From the NCBI RefSeq assembly GCF_009914755.1, contig NC_060926.1: a DNA stretch of 64,000 nucleotides. One strand, written 5' to 3'. The notes under the pieces are model-generated. The model worked only from the letters and a program-made list of their open reading frames with translations. It had not been told where the DNA came from and ran no database searches. Numbering within the stretch: position 1 is the first letter of the stretch; every line of letters begins with the position of its first letter. The translations under genes and the position numbers were made by a program. Below are positions 1 through 13,300 of this stretch, piece after piece. The stretch comes from the human T2T-CHM13v2.0 reference genome, Homo sapiens.

Positions 1-414
1 TCATTTTGTTGAGACTGATCCTTTTTTTCTTCTAAAAGTTTATGTGACATATAGCTCTATTTCGAGAGATGATTTTATTTTTTTAAAATTTCTACAAGCT
101 TCATTCTGTTTTCAAAGTTCAGTCCTCCCACCTTTCAGCCCACTGTCTGGTTCCTTCTCTTTGACAAGAATTGTTTAGAAGCCACATGCTGAATTCATGT
201 GGTTGTTAAGTAGCAAGATTGGACTGTTCAGTTTCTTAACTTTCTTTCTCTTCAGTTTTCTAAATCTTTGCCTATTATTTGTTTGTTTTAGTCTTTGGTG
301 GTTTAATTACCGAATTAAATATATGTAGTTTTTAAAAAATGAAACAATACAGTAAAAAGTAAAAGTCCTATCTACCTTCTTCACTTGTCTTGAAATCTCA
401 ATTTTTAGAAGTAA

Positions 415-891
<477 letters not shown>

Positions 892-1215
892 TATTTTAAT
901 ATTCCTAATACAAAAGCACTAAAACATCGTCCTACAGGTTTAAAACTTTATAGAAATGGTATTACACTGGAAGCACCATTATGAAACTTACTATTTGTTT
1001 TAATACTATGTTTTTGAGATTTTATCTATCTTGATTTATTTTTCCTGCTCTATTTTTCCACTAAGTGCAATACCATTTTTTGTAAATACGAATATATTTG
1101 AACTTTTTTTAACCTCTTATTTTTTATGCTTTCTGTTAAATGTCATTTTTAAATGATCACTGCTTGTATTTCTATTCCTTTAGTGATTGTTTTAAAAGTT
1201 TTAATGTAATGACAA

Positions 1216-1523
<308 letters not shown>

Positions 1524-3002
1524 TAAGTCTCAAGGTATTTTGTATTTTTATTCTCCTCCCAAACACAATGGGGGATTTTAGTACCTTTTAATTAGTCATT
1601 AAAAACCTTTCCCCCAAAAATCTTGTCACTGTGATTTAGAGTTTCACTTTTGCCTTTAGGACATGTAATCTTTTTTGACTTTCAAGAGTTAATTAAATTT
1701 TTTAACAGTTTCAGCTGTATATCTCTTTATATCTAAAAAGCATCTTTAGTTTTCTCTTCGCTGTTGAGTGATAGTTTAGCTGGATATAAAAGTCTCTGTT
1801 AACTGTAAATTCCCCTTAGCAAATAAAGATATTATTTTCACATATCTATTATCTGATATATATACTACTCCTTTATACAGTCTGTTTTGTTTGAGTTGCT
1901 TTTAAGATTTTCTTTTAGATTCAGTATGCTGCAGTCTTATGATGATGTGTCTATGTGTGGATTTGTTTTTAGTCTTTTGTTGTGGGCTGATTTTTGATCT
2001 GAGGACTTATTTCTTTCATTAAACTCTGGAAAACTCAGCTATTATGATTATGGTTTTAAATGCTGATTATCTAACCATCTTTCTATTCTATTCTTTTAAA
2101 ATGTCTATTAATATATATTGAAGTTTCTCAATCATCATCTAGTTATCTATATTATTTTTGTCTCTCTGTGCTATATTCTGAGGAAAGTCTGCAGTACTAT
2201 CTATCACCCAGTTCACCAGTTCTTTTTTAAAAATTTTGTGTAGCCTAGAATTTATTCTATTAAGATTATTTTTTGTTTGAATTACAATGTCTTTTCTTCC
2301 AAGATAAATTTTTTTCTGGTTTTTTTTCCCATCCATTTCTTCTTAAGACACTTTAGTAAATTTTTGTACTTTTATATGGCTGTAACATCTTTGAACAACC
2401 TAATAATAAATAAACAATTTTAATCATAATTAATTTAAAGTCATTGTTAGATGGCTCATAAATTTAATTTATTATCATGTGAATTGACATTCTGATTGTT
2501 AATTTGCTCAGCTATGATTTTGGCATTTTTTGGTGTATACTTGGGAATTCTAGTATGTTGGCTCATTTTCACAAGATTCTTTAAAAATCTGCCTTTTCTC
2601 TTTCTCCTTCTATTTGGCAGTTGCCTAAATCCATCCCCTTGATCCATCCCCCAACCCTCATGGGCTTTTATAGCTCTTGTTCCATGGTGATGTTGTAGAT
2701 ATCACAGATTCAAAGAGTGCCTTGATTTAGGTCTTGCGAGGCTACATCAGTGTCCTCTCTCCCTAAGCAGGACCTTCTTTCAGGGGTGAGAGACCCTCAT
2801 ACCAATGCTGACGTCAGGCATTGAGCCTGACATAGGCCTTTGTTTTTCAGAACACTCCTAGTCCCACTAGCTTTCCAGGAGTTGAACTCCCTCTGCCTTG
2901 CCATCTTTGGACACACAGCTTAACAAGCCTACAGCTTCAACAACACTCATATGTTTACATTTCTGCTCAGCTTTTTGTCTCTAAAAACCTATCAGCGTGT
3001 GT

Positions 3003-3035
3003 CCCTTTCTCTCTGTCTCTCTTTCTCTTTCTTTT

Positions 3036-3078
<43 letters not shown>

Positions 3079-3134
3079 CTTTCTTTCCTTTCTTTCTTCT
3101 TTCTTTCTCTCCTTCCTTCCTTCCTTCCCTCTTT
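3003..3134 (+). repeat. (CTTT)n/(CCTT)n polypyrimidine microsatellite
   Basis: Direct reading of the sequence. Confidence 0.9.
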
Positions 3135-3407
3135 GTATTATTTTCTTAAACATAGCAACAACAATAACATTATTGTATCATTTTGGAGGCAAGAGGAAAC
3201 ATAAAAGCATAAACTATGTCACCTCAATTAAAATTAAAAATTTACCTCTTAAAAATAATTTCCCACATTTCTAAAATGCCTACATGCTCCTTATGGGTGG
3301 AATCATTTTTGAAACAATGACAGTATAGCTTGGCATTTTCCTGTTAGGCTTTTTTGCATTTTTGTTTAAATATTAATATATGGAATATACCTTTTTGGGA
3401 ACATGCG

Positions 3408-3640
3408 TTTATTCCTTTATCAACAAACATTTGTTGAGGGCACACTGTGTGCCAGGTACTATTCTAAGTGATAGGAATACAGTAGTGAATAGCACAACAT
3501 TTCTTGTCTTATGGAACTTACATTCTGATAGAGAGAGGTAGGTAATATGCAAATAGGTAAACATAAAGTTACAGTTACTATTAAGATTAAAGAAGAATTT
3601 GGAAAAAAAGATTGAAGGAGGGTTTCAATTCTAGAGAAGA
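3408..3640. mobile_element. L2 3' fragment
   Basis: caacaaacatttgttgagggcacactgtgtgccaggtactattctaag, a typical L2 3'-end motif. Confidence 0.65.
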
Positions 3641-3948
3641 TGAGGTAAGCGTCTGTTACCCTGTTTGTGCCTTTGAATACAACTGTAAGTCTTGGATAGA
3701 ATACATGGAGAAGCTAACAGTGAACTTTGAAATTGAAAGGGTCCCCCCAAAATTGGGGAAGGAGACCAGAATTTGAAGTTCCACCAAACCAATACATTTA
3801 CCATCTTTTCCCCCCGGAGCTGCTTGGCATGAAATCAAAGATATCCCAAAACCCAGAAGTAAGTACCAGGCACAGAGAGAAAGAACTCAAAAAGAAGCCT
3901 CATTTATTGATCACTAAGCATTCTTTCACACGTGTAAGAATCTCTTAT

Positions 3949-4027
3949 CCGAGATCACACCATTGCACTCCAGCCTGGGCTACAAGAGTAAAACTCCATC
4001 TCAAAAACAAACAAACAAACAAAAAAA
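3949..4027 (+). mobile_element. 5'-truncated Alu (last ~55 nt plus A-rich tail)
   Basis: ccgagatcacaccattgcactccagcctggg...ctccatctc followed by an (AAAC)n tail. Confidence 0.9.
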
Positions 4028-4513
4028 GGATAAGAGAAATCGTCAAAATATGGTAACTATAATCAAATATTCTCAAAAGAAAATCAAATGTAAAATAAAT
4101 ATATGAAAAAGGTGTTTAACTCAAATAGCAATTTACAAAGAAGCAACAATGAGATCTATTTCTTATTGCCCACTCTTACCAATTTGACAGAGACTTCTGA
4201 AGATAATTCGCAATTCTAATTAAGGTTTTCTGAAACAGTTTTGGCGGTGGTTGTTTTTTGGTGTGTGTGTGTGCATGTGTGTATGTGGTGGTAGTGATTT
4301 CTAAAATATATAGTTTTAAACATTGAACAGTAAAGGTTAGCAATGATATCTCTTTTTTCTCTGTGATTTACTGTGTTTTCTAATGTTCTACATTTATTGT
4401 ATATTGACTTTATAGTCAGAGAAAACATGTTATACAACTATGTAGATGTATTTTCGAAGGCACGCATTAACCTATCAAGTGACACTTTCCTTTCCTTTGC
4501 CATTGACATGCAG

Positions 4514-4632
4514 GTGTTCCCTCTGGCACATGTGTGCAACGACACAAATAAGATGACATTAATTAACCCCCAAGGAGCCAAACTCAATATCTACAAGCGA
4601 AAAGTGGAACAGGCAATTCAATCCTATGAAAA
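4514..4632 (+). CDS. VWA3B: VWA3B internal coding exon (119 nt, phase 0 to 2): VFPLAHVCNDTNKMTLINPQGAKLNIYKRKVEQAIQSYE(K)
   Basis: Pyrimidine tract then tgcag|GTG acceptor; AA|gtgagt donor. The trailing AA joins the G of the next exon to give AAG. Gene identity is recalled from the peptide. Confidence 0.9.
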
Positions 4633-4755
4633 GTGAGTATTACTCTTGGCTGCTCTTTAATGGATGTGGAATTTATTTTATGGAGAAGGAGACTTCTCTT
4701 GTTTTAGCTTAGCTTTTTTTTTTTTTTAATGAAGCAGCTATTTAAAAATTGTTCA

Positions 4756-5300
4756 GGCTGGGTGTGGTAGTTCATGCCTGTAATCCCAGCACTTTGGGAG
4801 ACTGAGGCAGGAGGACAGCTTGAGGCCAGGAGTTTAAGACCAGACTGGGCAACAATAGGAAGACCTTGTCTCTACAAATAATTTAAAGAATAATATCACA
4901 ACAAGGTGATTGCAATCAACAATAATTTATTGTACATTTAAAAATAATTAGAAGAGTATAGTTGGAGTATTTGTAACACAAAGAAAGGATAGATGCTTGA
5001 GGTGATGGATACCCCATTTACCCTGATGTTATTATACATCATATGCCTGTATCAAAATATTTCATGTAACCTACAAATATATACACCTACTGTGTACCCA
5101 CAAAAATAAAAATAAAATTCTGTGATGAAAAATAAATAAATAAATACAGGCTGGGTGTGGTGGTGCGTGCCTGTAGTCCCAGCTACTTGGGAGGCTGAGA
5201 AGGGAGTTACTTGAGCTCAGGAGTTGGAGGCTGCAGTGAACTGTGATTGCACCACTGCACTCCAGCCTGGGTGATAGAGTGAGACCTCGTCTAAAAAAAA
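4756..5300 (+). mobile_element. Old Alu (AluJ-like) split by an L1 3'-end fragment (~4890-5145) in its middle linker
   Basis: Left monomer 4756-~4880 and right monomer ~5149-5300, with aaaaattg[t/c]tca on both outer flanks. The intervening sequence resembles an L1MA/L1PB 3' UTR with an A-rich tail. Confidence 0.8.
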
Positions 5301-8300
5301 TTGCTCATAAGGAATATAAACAACAGTGGCAGCAGCTATTGTAGGGGCTTCCTACATGCTAGGCACTGCATCAAGTACTTTACCTGAATATCTTCAACAA
5401 GGTTTTAAAGAAACTATCTTCCCTTTCCAATATCCATAAAAATCTCATGTTTCCATGAGATCTGTAAAGTTTTCCTTTTAGCAGAATGCATCTGATTGTT
5501 TTGGCATCTAACATTCTATAAAGTGACTAATAAAACTCGACAGTAATGAGATAATGGAAATAACGGCTTTTGTTAATTTTAAAATTACTTTTATCAAGTT
5601 CAAGATGATGATCACACACCCTTGTATCCTTGCTGAGACAGGAGACTCTGCTCACAGGCTGGTCCTTGTCCATGCTGTAATCACCTCCCTCCCCGGTCCC
5701 CAGCCCTTAATTAATCCTGGGTGCACAAACTTAATTAAACTCTGAGCATTTGGCTTCTGCAGGCCAGCCTGTCCTCGGTTCTGGGAACTGTGCAGTTGAG
5801 TTGTCATTTGCCACCATGCGGGTGGGTGAAATAAAGTTCAGGAAAGTTAACTATTGGCCCAGGCCAGCGTATGTTGGTCTGCTGTCATTTTGCAATGTGT
5901 CTAGCATGTGCTCAGTCAAACAAATATAAGGCCTGATCCTGCCCCACGAAGGATCATTCCAACGGCAGACCTTGCTCCACTGTGTCCAACCCAGGCCTCT
6001 CCAAACCCCCTTTAACGTGAGCCTCCATCGCTGCCCTCACCCGAGAGTGGAGGCCGCCTTACGAGGCTCCTCAGCAGCCTCTGTGGGCTCCTCAGTATTT
6101 CTGAATCTTTACCTGAGAGGAAAGAAGAACCAAGGATGAGCATTTCTTTGGGAAGCAGGATGAGCTATTCAAGGCTCACCCTTCCCCGTGGGTCGGAGAC
6201 TTCCAGACAGGCCTTGCCTCCCAGCTCGGCTCCTCTCCGGTTATGCTGCTGTCCCCAGCTGGGTCTTTCATCGCTTCTCACCTCAGCACCAATGATCCTT
6301 CTCAGAGAGACCTCTCGGGAGCTCCTCTCAGCGCCCACCCTTCGTGTGGCCCTCAGAGCACTCACAGCTTCTGCAGGGGCGGTGGCTTGGTGACCATCTC
6401 TGCCCTCTAGGATGTCAGCTCCCAAGGCCAGGGCTCAGCCAGCCTTGCTTCCTCCTGCATACCCTATTCCTAGCAGGCGTCTGTGTGTATATGACTATTC
6501 AAATTTAATTCAAATTTTATATAATTCCATTCTTCAAATTCAGTCATTCAAAATGCAATATAACAATACCATTCACATTCTAATGTAGTTTGCTTGAATA
6601 ATTCAAATATTTGAGTCCTATAATTACCCGGCCTGTGAAAGCCTGATGCAGGGCCACGAGCTAGATAGAGCTTCGTGGTCAGATGGTTCGCGGGGGTTTC
6701 CTGCTTGGTTTTGACACCAGCTCTGTTCCAGTGTGTGACAGTCGTGAGCCTCAGATTCCTTGTTCACAGAATCTATCTCACAGGTCTGTTGTGAGGATTA
6801 TGTAAATGATATGTAAAGAGGAACTGATGTTCATTACTTCCCCCTTTCACTCCTGACTCTGCTGACCCTAAAATAACCATAGGTGCATGGAGTGAAATCG
6901 TCATCTGGTTCTTCCCACTGCATTGACCTTTTCCCAAGGATTTCAGGAAAGGACAGGGAGCCCCTTCCCAGGCAAAAGAGAGGCCTCCTTTCTTAGCAGC
7001 AAAACCAAAACAAACATAGTAAGTCATTTGTCCTCCTTCTTACTTTCAGTGAGTGAATCTGGAAAAGCCTTTTAGTACCCTCTAGAGAAATATTGTCACT
7101 ATATTGTTATTAATTATATTAACATCAAGTTATTAATAACAATTTTAACATGATTGGTATTATTTAATAATTAAGTTACTGATTGAATTGTTATTATTTG
7201 GTATCACTAATTTGATGTTTGTATCAAGTAAATTATTTAACATTGTTATTTAATATTAATAGTAACATGAATATTATACGGAACCAAATTTCCTGATCAT
7301 TTGCATTCAATTGTGTTTAAGAGTGTTGTTGGTATAAATGTCAATTTCTTTTTCCATTTTGCTTCATTTTTCTCAAGATAGTCAGAATATGAAAAGTAAT
7401 TAATGACACATTTACCACCCCCATCCCCTATATAACATTTCTAAGGAGTTTTCCAACAAAGATAAGCGAGATGTAACTTTAAAAACAACCTTTGTGTAAT
7501 CATAAATCCATATGTTTAAGGATGACCAGGCAAATGGAAAGCTCACAGTCCTTTGGTCAAAATAATGACATAAACTTGTTATTGGGGTCACACTTAGTGC
7601 CCATGCATGGGAGTCCTTTTGTCTCATTTTAAGAACCGAGGCAGCAATTTTGGCTTTGTGTGTCTGAGTATAAGCTTTGAGTGGATATTGCCAGGGCTGG
7701 CTGGATTCTGGAGTGATTTTTCTGTTGCTTACTTTCATTGAAAGTCTAAGGTCAAGGTCACAGCTCTCAGATCACAGAAGCAGTATCCGTTCTAGCCTGG
7801 CTTGGGGACCATGCTTAGAAACCTCTCCTTACCATCTGCAATTTGCTGGGCCGGCTGCTTCTTGGCCTTCTGAAGTGTCACTAGTTACAAGTTGCTTTGC
7901 AAATGAGTCAACTCTTGGCACAAGCTGATGTGAGAATTAGAGATACAGAAAGTTGGTGAATGCAATCCCTTAGCCAAATTTCTCTCTCCTACAAAAAACA
8001 ATGAGGGAAACTTTGTTAGAAAAATCCCTGAATCATGGGGCTGGACCAGCCGCAGAGAGGCCCTCAGGTCCAGTGCCGGGCCTGAATCCCACAGGGACTC
8101 CCTCATCCCACTTGGCTTTCCTGCGGTGGCCTCCCTGGACAGTAGAGCTGTTGAAGTATTTTAGTGAAGATGGAAAATAGGGGAATAACAAAGGCTATGA
8201 AAATGTGCTCCTGGAAAAATATTTTCTAAAGAAGTGAATTAAAATTAGAGACCTGTGCTAGCAAACTGGACCCACATTTACCAATGATTACTCAGTGTTT

Positions 8301-9123
8301 CTAAGCCTTGCTTTTCAGAACCTGGAGGGAATAAACATTGAGCTATTCGTGATCACTTTATGTATGCATCTCACTTAATCCTCTCAAGGATTCCAAGGGC
8401 AGGTGGTGTTAGCCTTGTCTTATCAATGAGAAAACAGTTTCCAAAAGCTACGTAGCACAGGATCACACAGCAGCAAAGTGAGGACACCAAGGTTTGAACC
8501 CAGAGCCCTTACCACACTCCCAGCCTCCACACTACACTGCCTCCACTCTCTACATTTACATTTAAGGGGATTGTGAATGGGTTTTTTGTTCGTTTGCTTG
8601 TTTGTTTTTCAGAGAAGCACAAAGATACCTAAAATGCGTACTATAAATCCTTTTAACAAATCTTGGAAGCCTTAATCATTATTACCTGAATCACATGATT
8701 CAAGAAAGCCAATTTCCAAATAGGCCTCAAAGAACCAAACATCTCAAGTGAGACAGAAGCACTGAGCTGGCTTATTTCCCTCTTCCCGACTCTTTTTCTA
8801 TCACTTAGAGCACATTTACCTGGATCAGACACAATTTATGTGCTGTGTACACACTAGCTCAAGTCCTCATGGCGACACTAGGAGTGGAGCGGTACTACTA
8901 TCCCCACTTTACCGAAAAGTTGGGCACTGGCCCAAAGCCTCACGGCAAGAAGGAGAAGAAGCCGACTGAGCTTTGGGCCCTGGAGTTGTGGCTCCGGAGT
9001 CTACCCTCTTCAGAGGCCCTGTCTGCAGACACCCTTTCTGTGTTCTTACCAGGCTCATGATGGGAGGGCAGGGCAGGAGAATGCAGCCACCCGAAATGTG
9101 TCCTCTGAGCCCTGTCCAGCTGA

Positions 9124-9626
<503 letters not shown>

Positions 9627-10321
9627 TGACATGATGACACAGAACTGGGCTGGGAACTCTGAAGAAGCAACACTGATTAGTAGCCAAAAGAGCAGCTATA
9701 GCTACCCTGTAGGAACCACTAGCTTCAACCTCCTTCTTTGCTCTTGGGTCAACAGCTTCCCTCTGAAAACGCGCTCAGTCTCAGCACCGCCAGCCAGCAG
9801 CTGTGGGTGAGCAAGGTGCTTCATCCAGCTGCCCCTCCTAGCAGCCTCGTTTGGAAAACAAGGCAGCCAGCCTGCTTGATCTCTAAAGTGTGTCCCAATC
9901 CTATTATTTATGACCCTGTTAAACTCTTTTGATCTGAGAATCCAGGCAGAAGAGTGTCTACAGAAAGCGAACTAAAGAGCACAGTTATGTTCCCGTAAGA
10001 AGAAAAATGGTGGGTGTTTAGAAACGACTTAAAACAGAGATAATGAAGACCAGTTTGTCAACTGCCTTTACTCAGTCTGAGTTTTACCTGGCTGAGCTGG
10101 GAACTGAGCCCTCCTTTAATATTTGACGCAATTGCCACAAAACCACGAGGCTGCTGCAGTGATGCTGAGGTGACACATCCAGTGTCTTTAAGCACATGAC
10201 AGTGGCCTGGCTCAGTGGAGATGATGCTTAGATGGGCTCCCACTGCGGTGCCTGGGGTTAACCTTTTGCCATGAAATGAAGTACTGCTACAAAATTATTG
10301 TTGACTTTTTTTTTTTAACAG

Positions 10322-10372
10322 GCGCTTGAATAAAATTGTTTGGCGAGCATTATCTCAAGAGGAAAAAGAAAA
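10322..10372 (+). CDS. VWA3B: VWA3B internal coding exon (51 nt, phase 2 to 2): (K)RLNKIVWRALSQEEKE(K)
   Basis: Poly-T then aacag| acceptor; AA|gtaagc donor. Open in the frame required by both neighbouring exons. Too short for the ORF track. Confidence 0.88.
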
Positions 10373-10397
10373 GTAAGCCATTCCATTCCCTCCTCAC

Positions 10398-13300
10398 TTT
10401 TTTTTTTTTGGTGAAATTCACGTAACCTAAAATTAACCATTTTAAAGTGTACAATGCAGAGGTATTTAAAATATTCAAAATGTTCTGCAAACCACTACCT
10501 TTTTCTAGTTTCAAAACTTTTTCATTACCCCAGAAAATCACTTTGTAACCATAAATTAATCACTCCCCATTCCTGTCTCCCCCTTTTCTGGGTTACCACC
10601 AGTTTGCTTCCTGTCTCTATGATTTTGGCTACTCTGGATATGTCATATGAAGGGAATCATACAGCATGTGACCTTTTGTGTCTGGCAGCTTTTCTTAGTT
10701 AATGTAAAAACCTCATGTTTTTAAGGTTCACCCAGGTATCAGTACTACATGTGTATATATACACCACGTTTGTCTGTCCATTCTTCCACTGACGGGCATT
10801 TGGGTTGCTTCCGCTTTTTCGCTATCATGAACTATGTTGCTATATGCATTTGTGTAGAAGTTTCTTTGTGGACATATGTTTTCATTTCTCTTGGGTATAT
10901 ACCTAGCAGTGGATTTGCTTGTCACATGGTAATTCTATGCTTAACTTTTTGAGGAACCACCAAACTGTTTTTCCACAGTGGCTATGCCATTTTTAGAACA
11001 TATCTATTTATTTTTATTGACCCATAATAATTGTACATATTTTGGGGTACATGTGATATTTTGATACTTGCACACATGTAATGATCAAATCAGGATGTTT
11101 AGACTATCTATCACCTCAAACATTTATTATCCCTTTGTGTTGGGAACATTTCAAGTTGTCTCTTTTAGCTATTTTGAAATATACAGTAAATTATTGTTAA
11201 CTATGGTCTCCCTACTGTGTTTTCAAGTGTTAGAACTTTTTCCTTCTACCTAACTGTATGTTTGTGTCCAATAGTCAAACCTCTCTTCATCTCCCCCACC
11301 TCCACACACACTCTTCCCTGCCTCTGGTAACTATAATTCTATTTTCTGCCTCCATAAGATCAACTTTTTTTTGTTTTTAGCTCCTACAGATGGGTGAGAA
11401 CTATTTGTCTTTCTGTGCCGGGCTTATCTCACTTAATATCATGACCTCCAAATGATATTAAGTGCTGCAAATGATATTAAGTTGCTGCAAATGATAGGAT
11501 TTTGTTCCTTTTTTTGGCTGAATAGTATTCCATTGTGTATATATACCACATTTTCTTTATCCATCCATCCGTTGATGGATACTTAGTTTGTTTGATTCCA
11601 TATCTTGCTGCAATAAACATGAGGGTGCAGGTGTCCCTATGATACATATTGATTTACTATCTTTGGATAAATATCCAGTAGTGAGATTGCTGGATCATGT
11701 GGTAGGTTCTCATTGCTCCACATCCTCATGAACACTTGACATTTTCCTTTTCTTTTTTTTTTTAAGTCATTCTCATGGGTGTGAAAGGCTATTCTGCTGT
11801 GGTTTTGATACACATTTTCTTAATGACCAATGATGTTAAACATCTTTTCATGTGCTTGTTGTCCATTTGTATATCTTCTTTGGAGAAATGTTTATTCAAG
11901 TTCTTTGTCCATTTTCCAATTGGGTTGTGTTTTTGTTGTATAACTTCTGAGGATTAAGTCATTATCAGATATCTGATTTGTCAGTATTTTCTCCCATGCT
12001 ATGGGTTATCTTTTCGTATTCTTCATAATGTCCTTGGAGGTCCAAAAGTTTTTAAGTTTTAGGAAGTGAATTCTTCTTTTTTTTTCTTTTGTTTGTGTTT
12101 TTGGTGTCAAATCTAAGAATCCATTGCCAAATACAAAATCATGAGCATTTATCCTTTTGTTTTCTTCTAATATGTTTACAGTTTTAGGTCTTACATTTGG
12201 ACTTTTGATCCATTTTTGAGTGACTTTTTGTATCTGGTGTGAAGTAGGGTTCCAACTTCATTCTTTTTCATGTAAATATCCAGTTTATCCAGCACTATTT
12301 GTTTAAGAGACTATTCTTTCCCTTTGAATGGTCTTGGCACCCTTGTCAAAAATCATCTGACCATAAATGTTTGGGTTTATTTCTGGACTCTCTATTCTAT
12401 TCCACTGGTCTATATATGACTATATTTATGCAAGTTGACACTGTTTTAATTATTGTAGATTTGTATTCAGTTTTGAAATTAGGAAATATGAGTCCTTCAA
12501 CTTTGTTCTTCTATTTCAAAATTGTTTGGGCTATTCAGGGCCCCTTGAAGTTTTGTATACATTTGAGGATTGGCTTTTCTATTTCTGAAAAAAAAATTGG
12601 AATTTTTGTAGGGATTATATTTAATCTAAAGATTGCTTTGAAGAGTATTACCATTTTAACAATATTGTTTTCCAATCAATGAACATAGAATGTCTTTCCA
12701 TTTATTTAGTGGATCTTTAATTCCTTCAGCAATGTTATATAGTTTTCAGTATACCTGCCTTTCACATCCTCTGTTATTTTGTTCTTTTGGGTGCTATTAT
12801 AAATGGGATTGTTTTCTTAACTTCATTTTCAGATTGTTCATTGCTGGTACATAAAAACACAGCTGAATTTTGTATTTTGACTTTGTACCTTGCAACTTTG
12901 CTGAATTTATTGGTACTAGTGGCTTTGTGGGGAATCTATGGGGTTTTCTATATATAGAAACATATCATCTGCAAGTAGAAATAATTTTACTTCTTTCTTT
13001 CTAATTTGGATGCCTTTTATTTCTTTTTCTTACCTAATTGATCTAGCTAGTACTTCCAGAACAACATTGAATAGCAGTGGTGAAAGGGGACGTTCTTGTC
13101 TTGTTCCTGATCCCAGTGAGAAAGAAAGGAAGTTCCCTATATTCCTAGTTTCCTGATTGTTTTTATCATGAAAAGTGTGTGTTAAATTTTGTCAAGTGCT
13201 TTTTTCTGTATCTATTGAAATGATCATGGATTTTTCCCTTTGCTCTACTAATGTGATGTATTAAATCATGTGATTTTCTTGGGTTGAACCACTCCTGCAT

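Noticed and set aside
7085-7280. Very AT-rich stretch with recurring attattaata/taacat motifs
   Set aside because: No stable period or inverted structure found; treated as low complexity.
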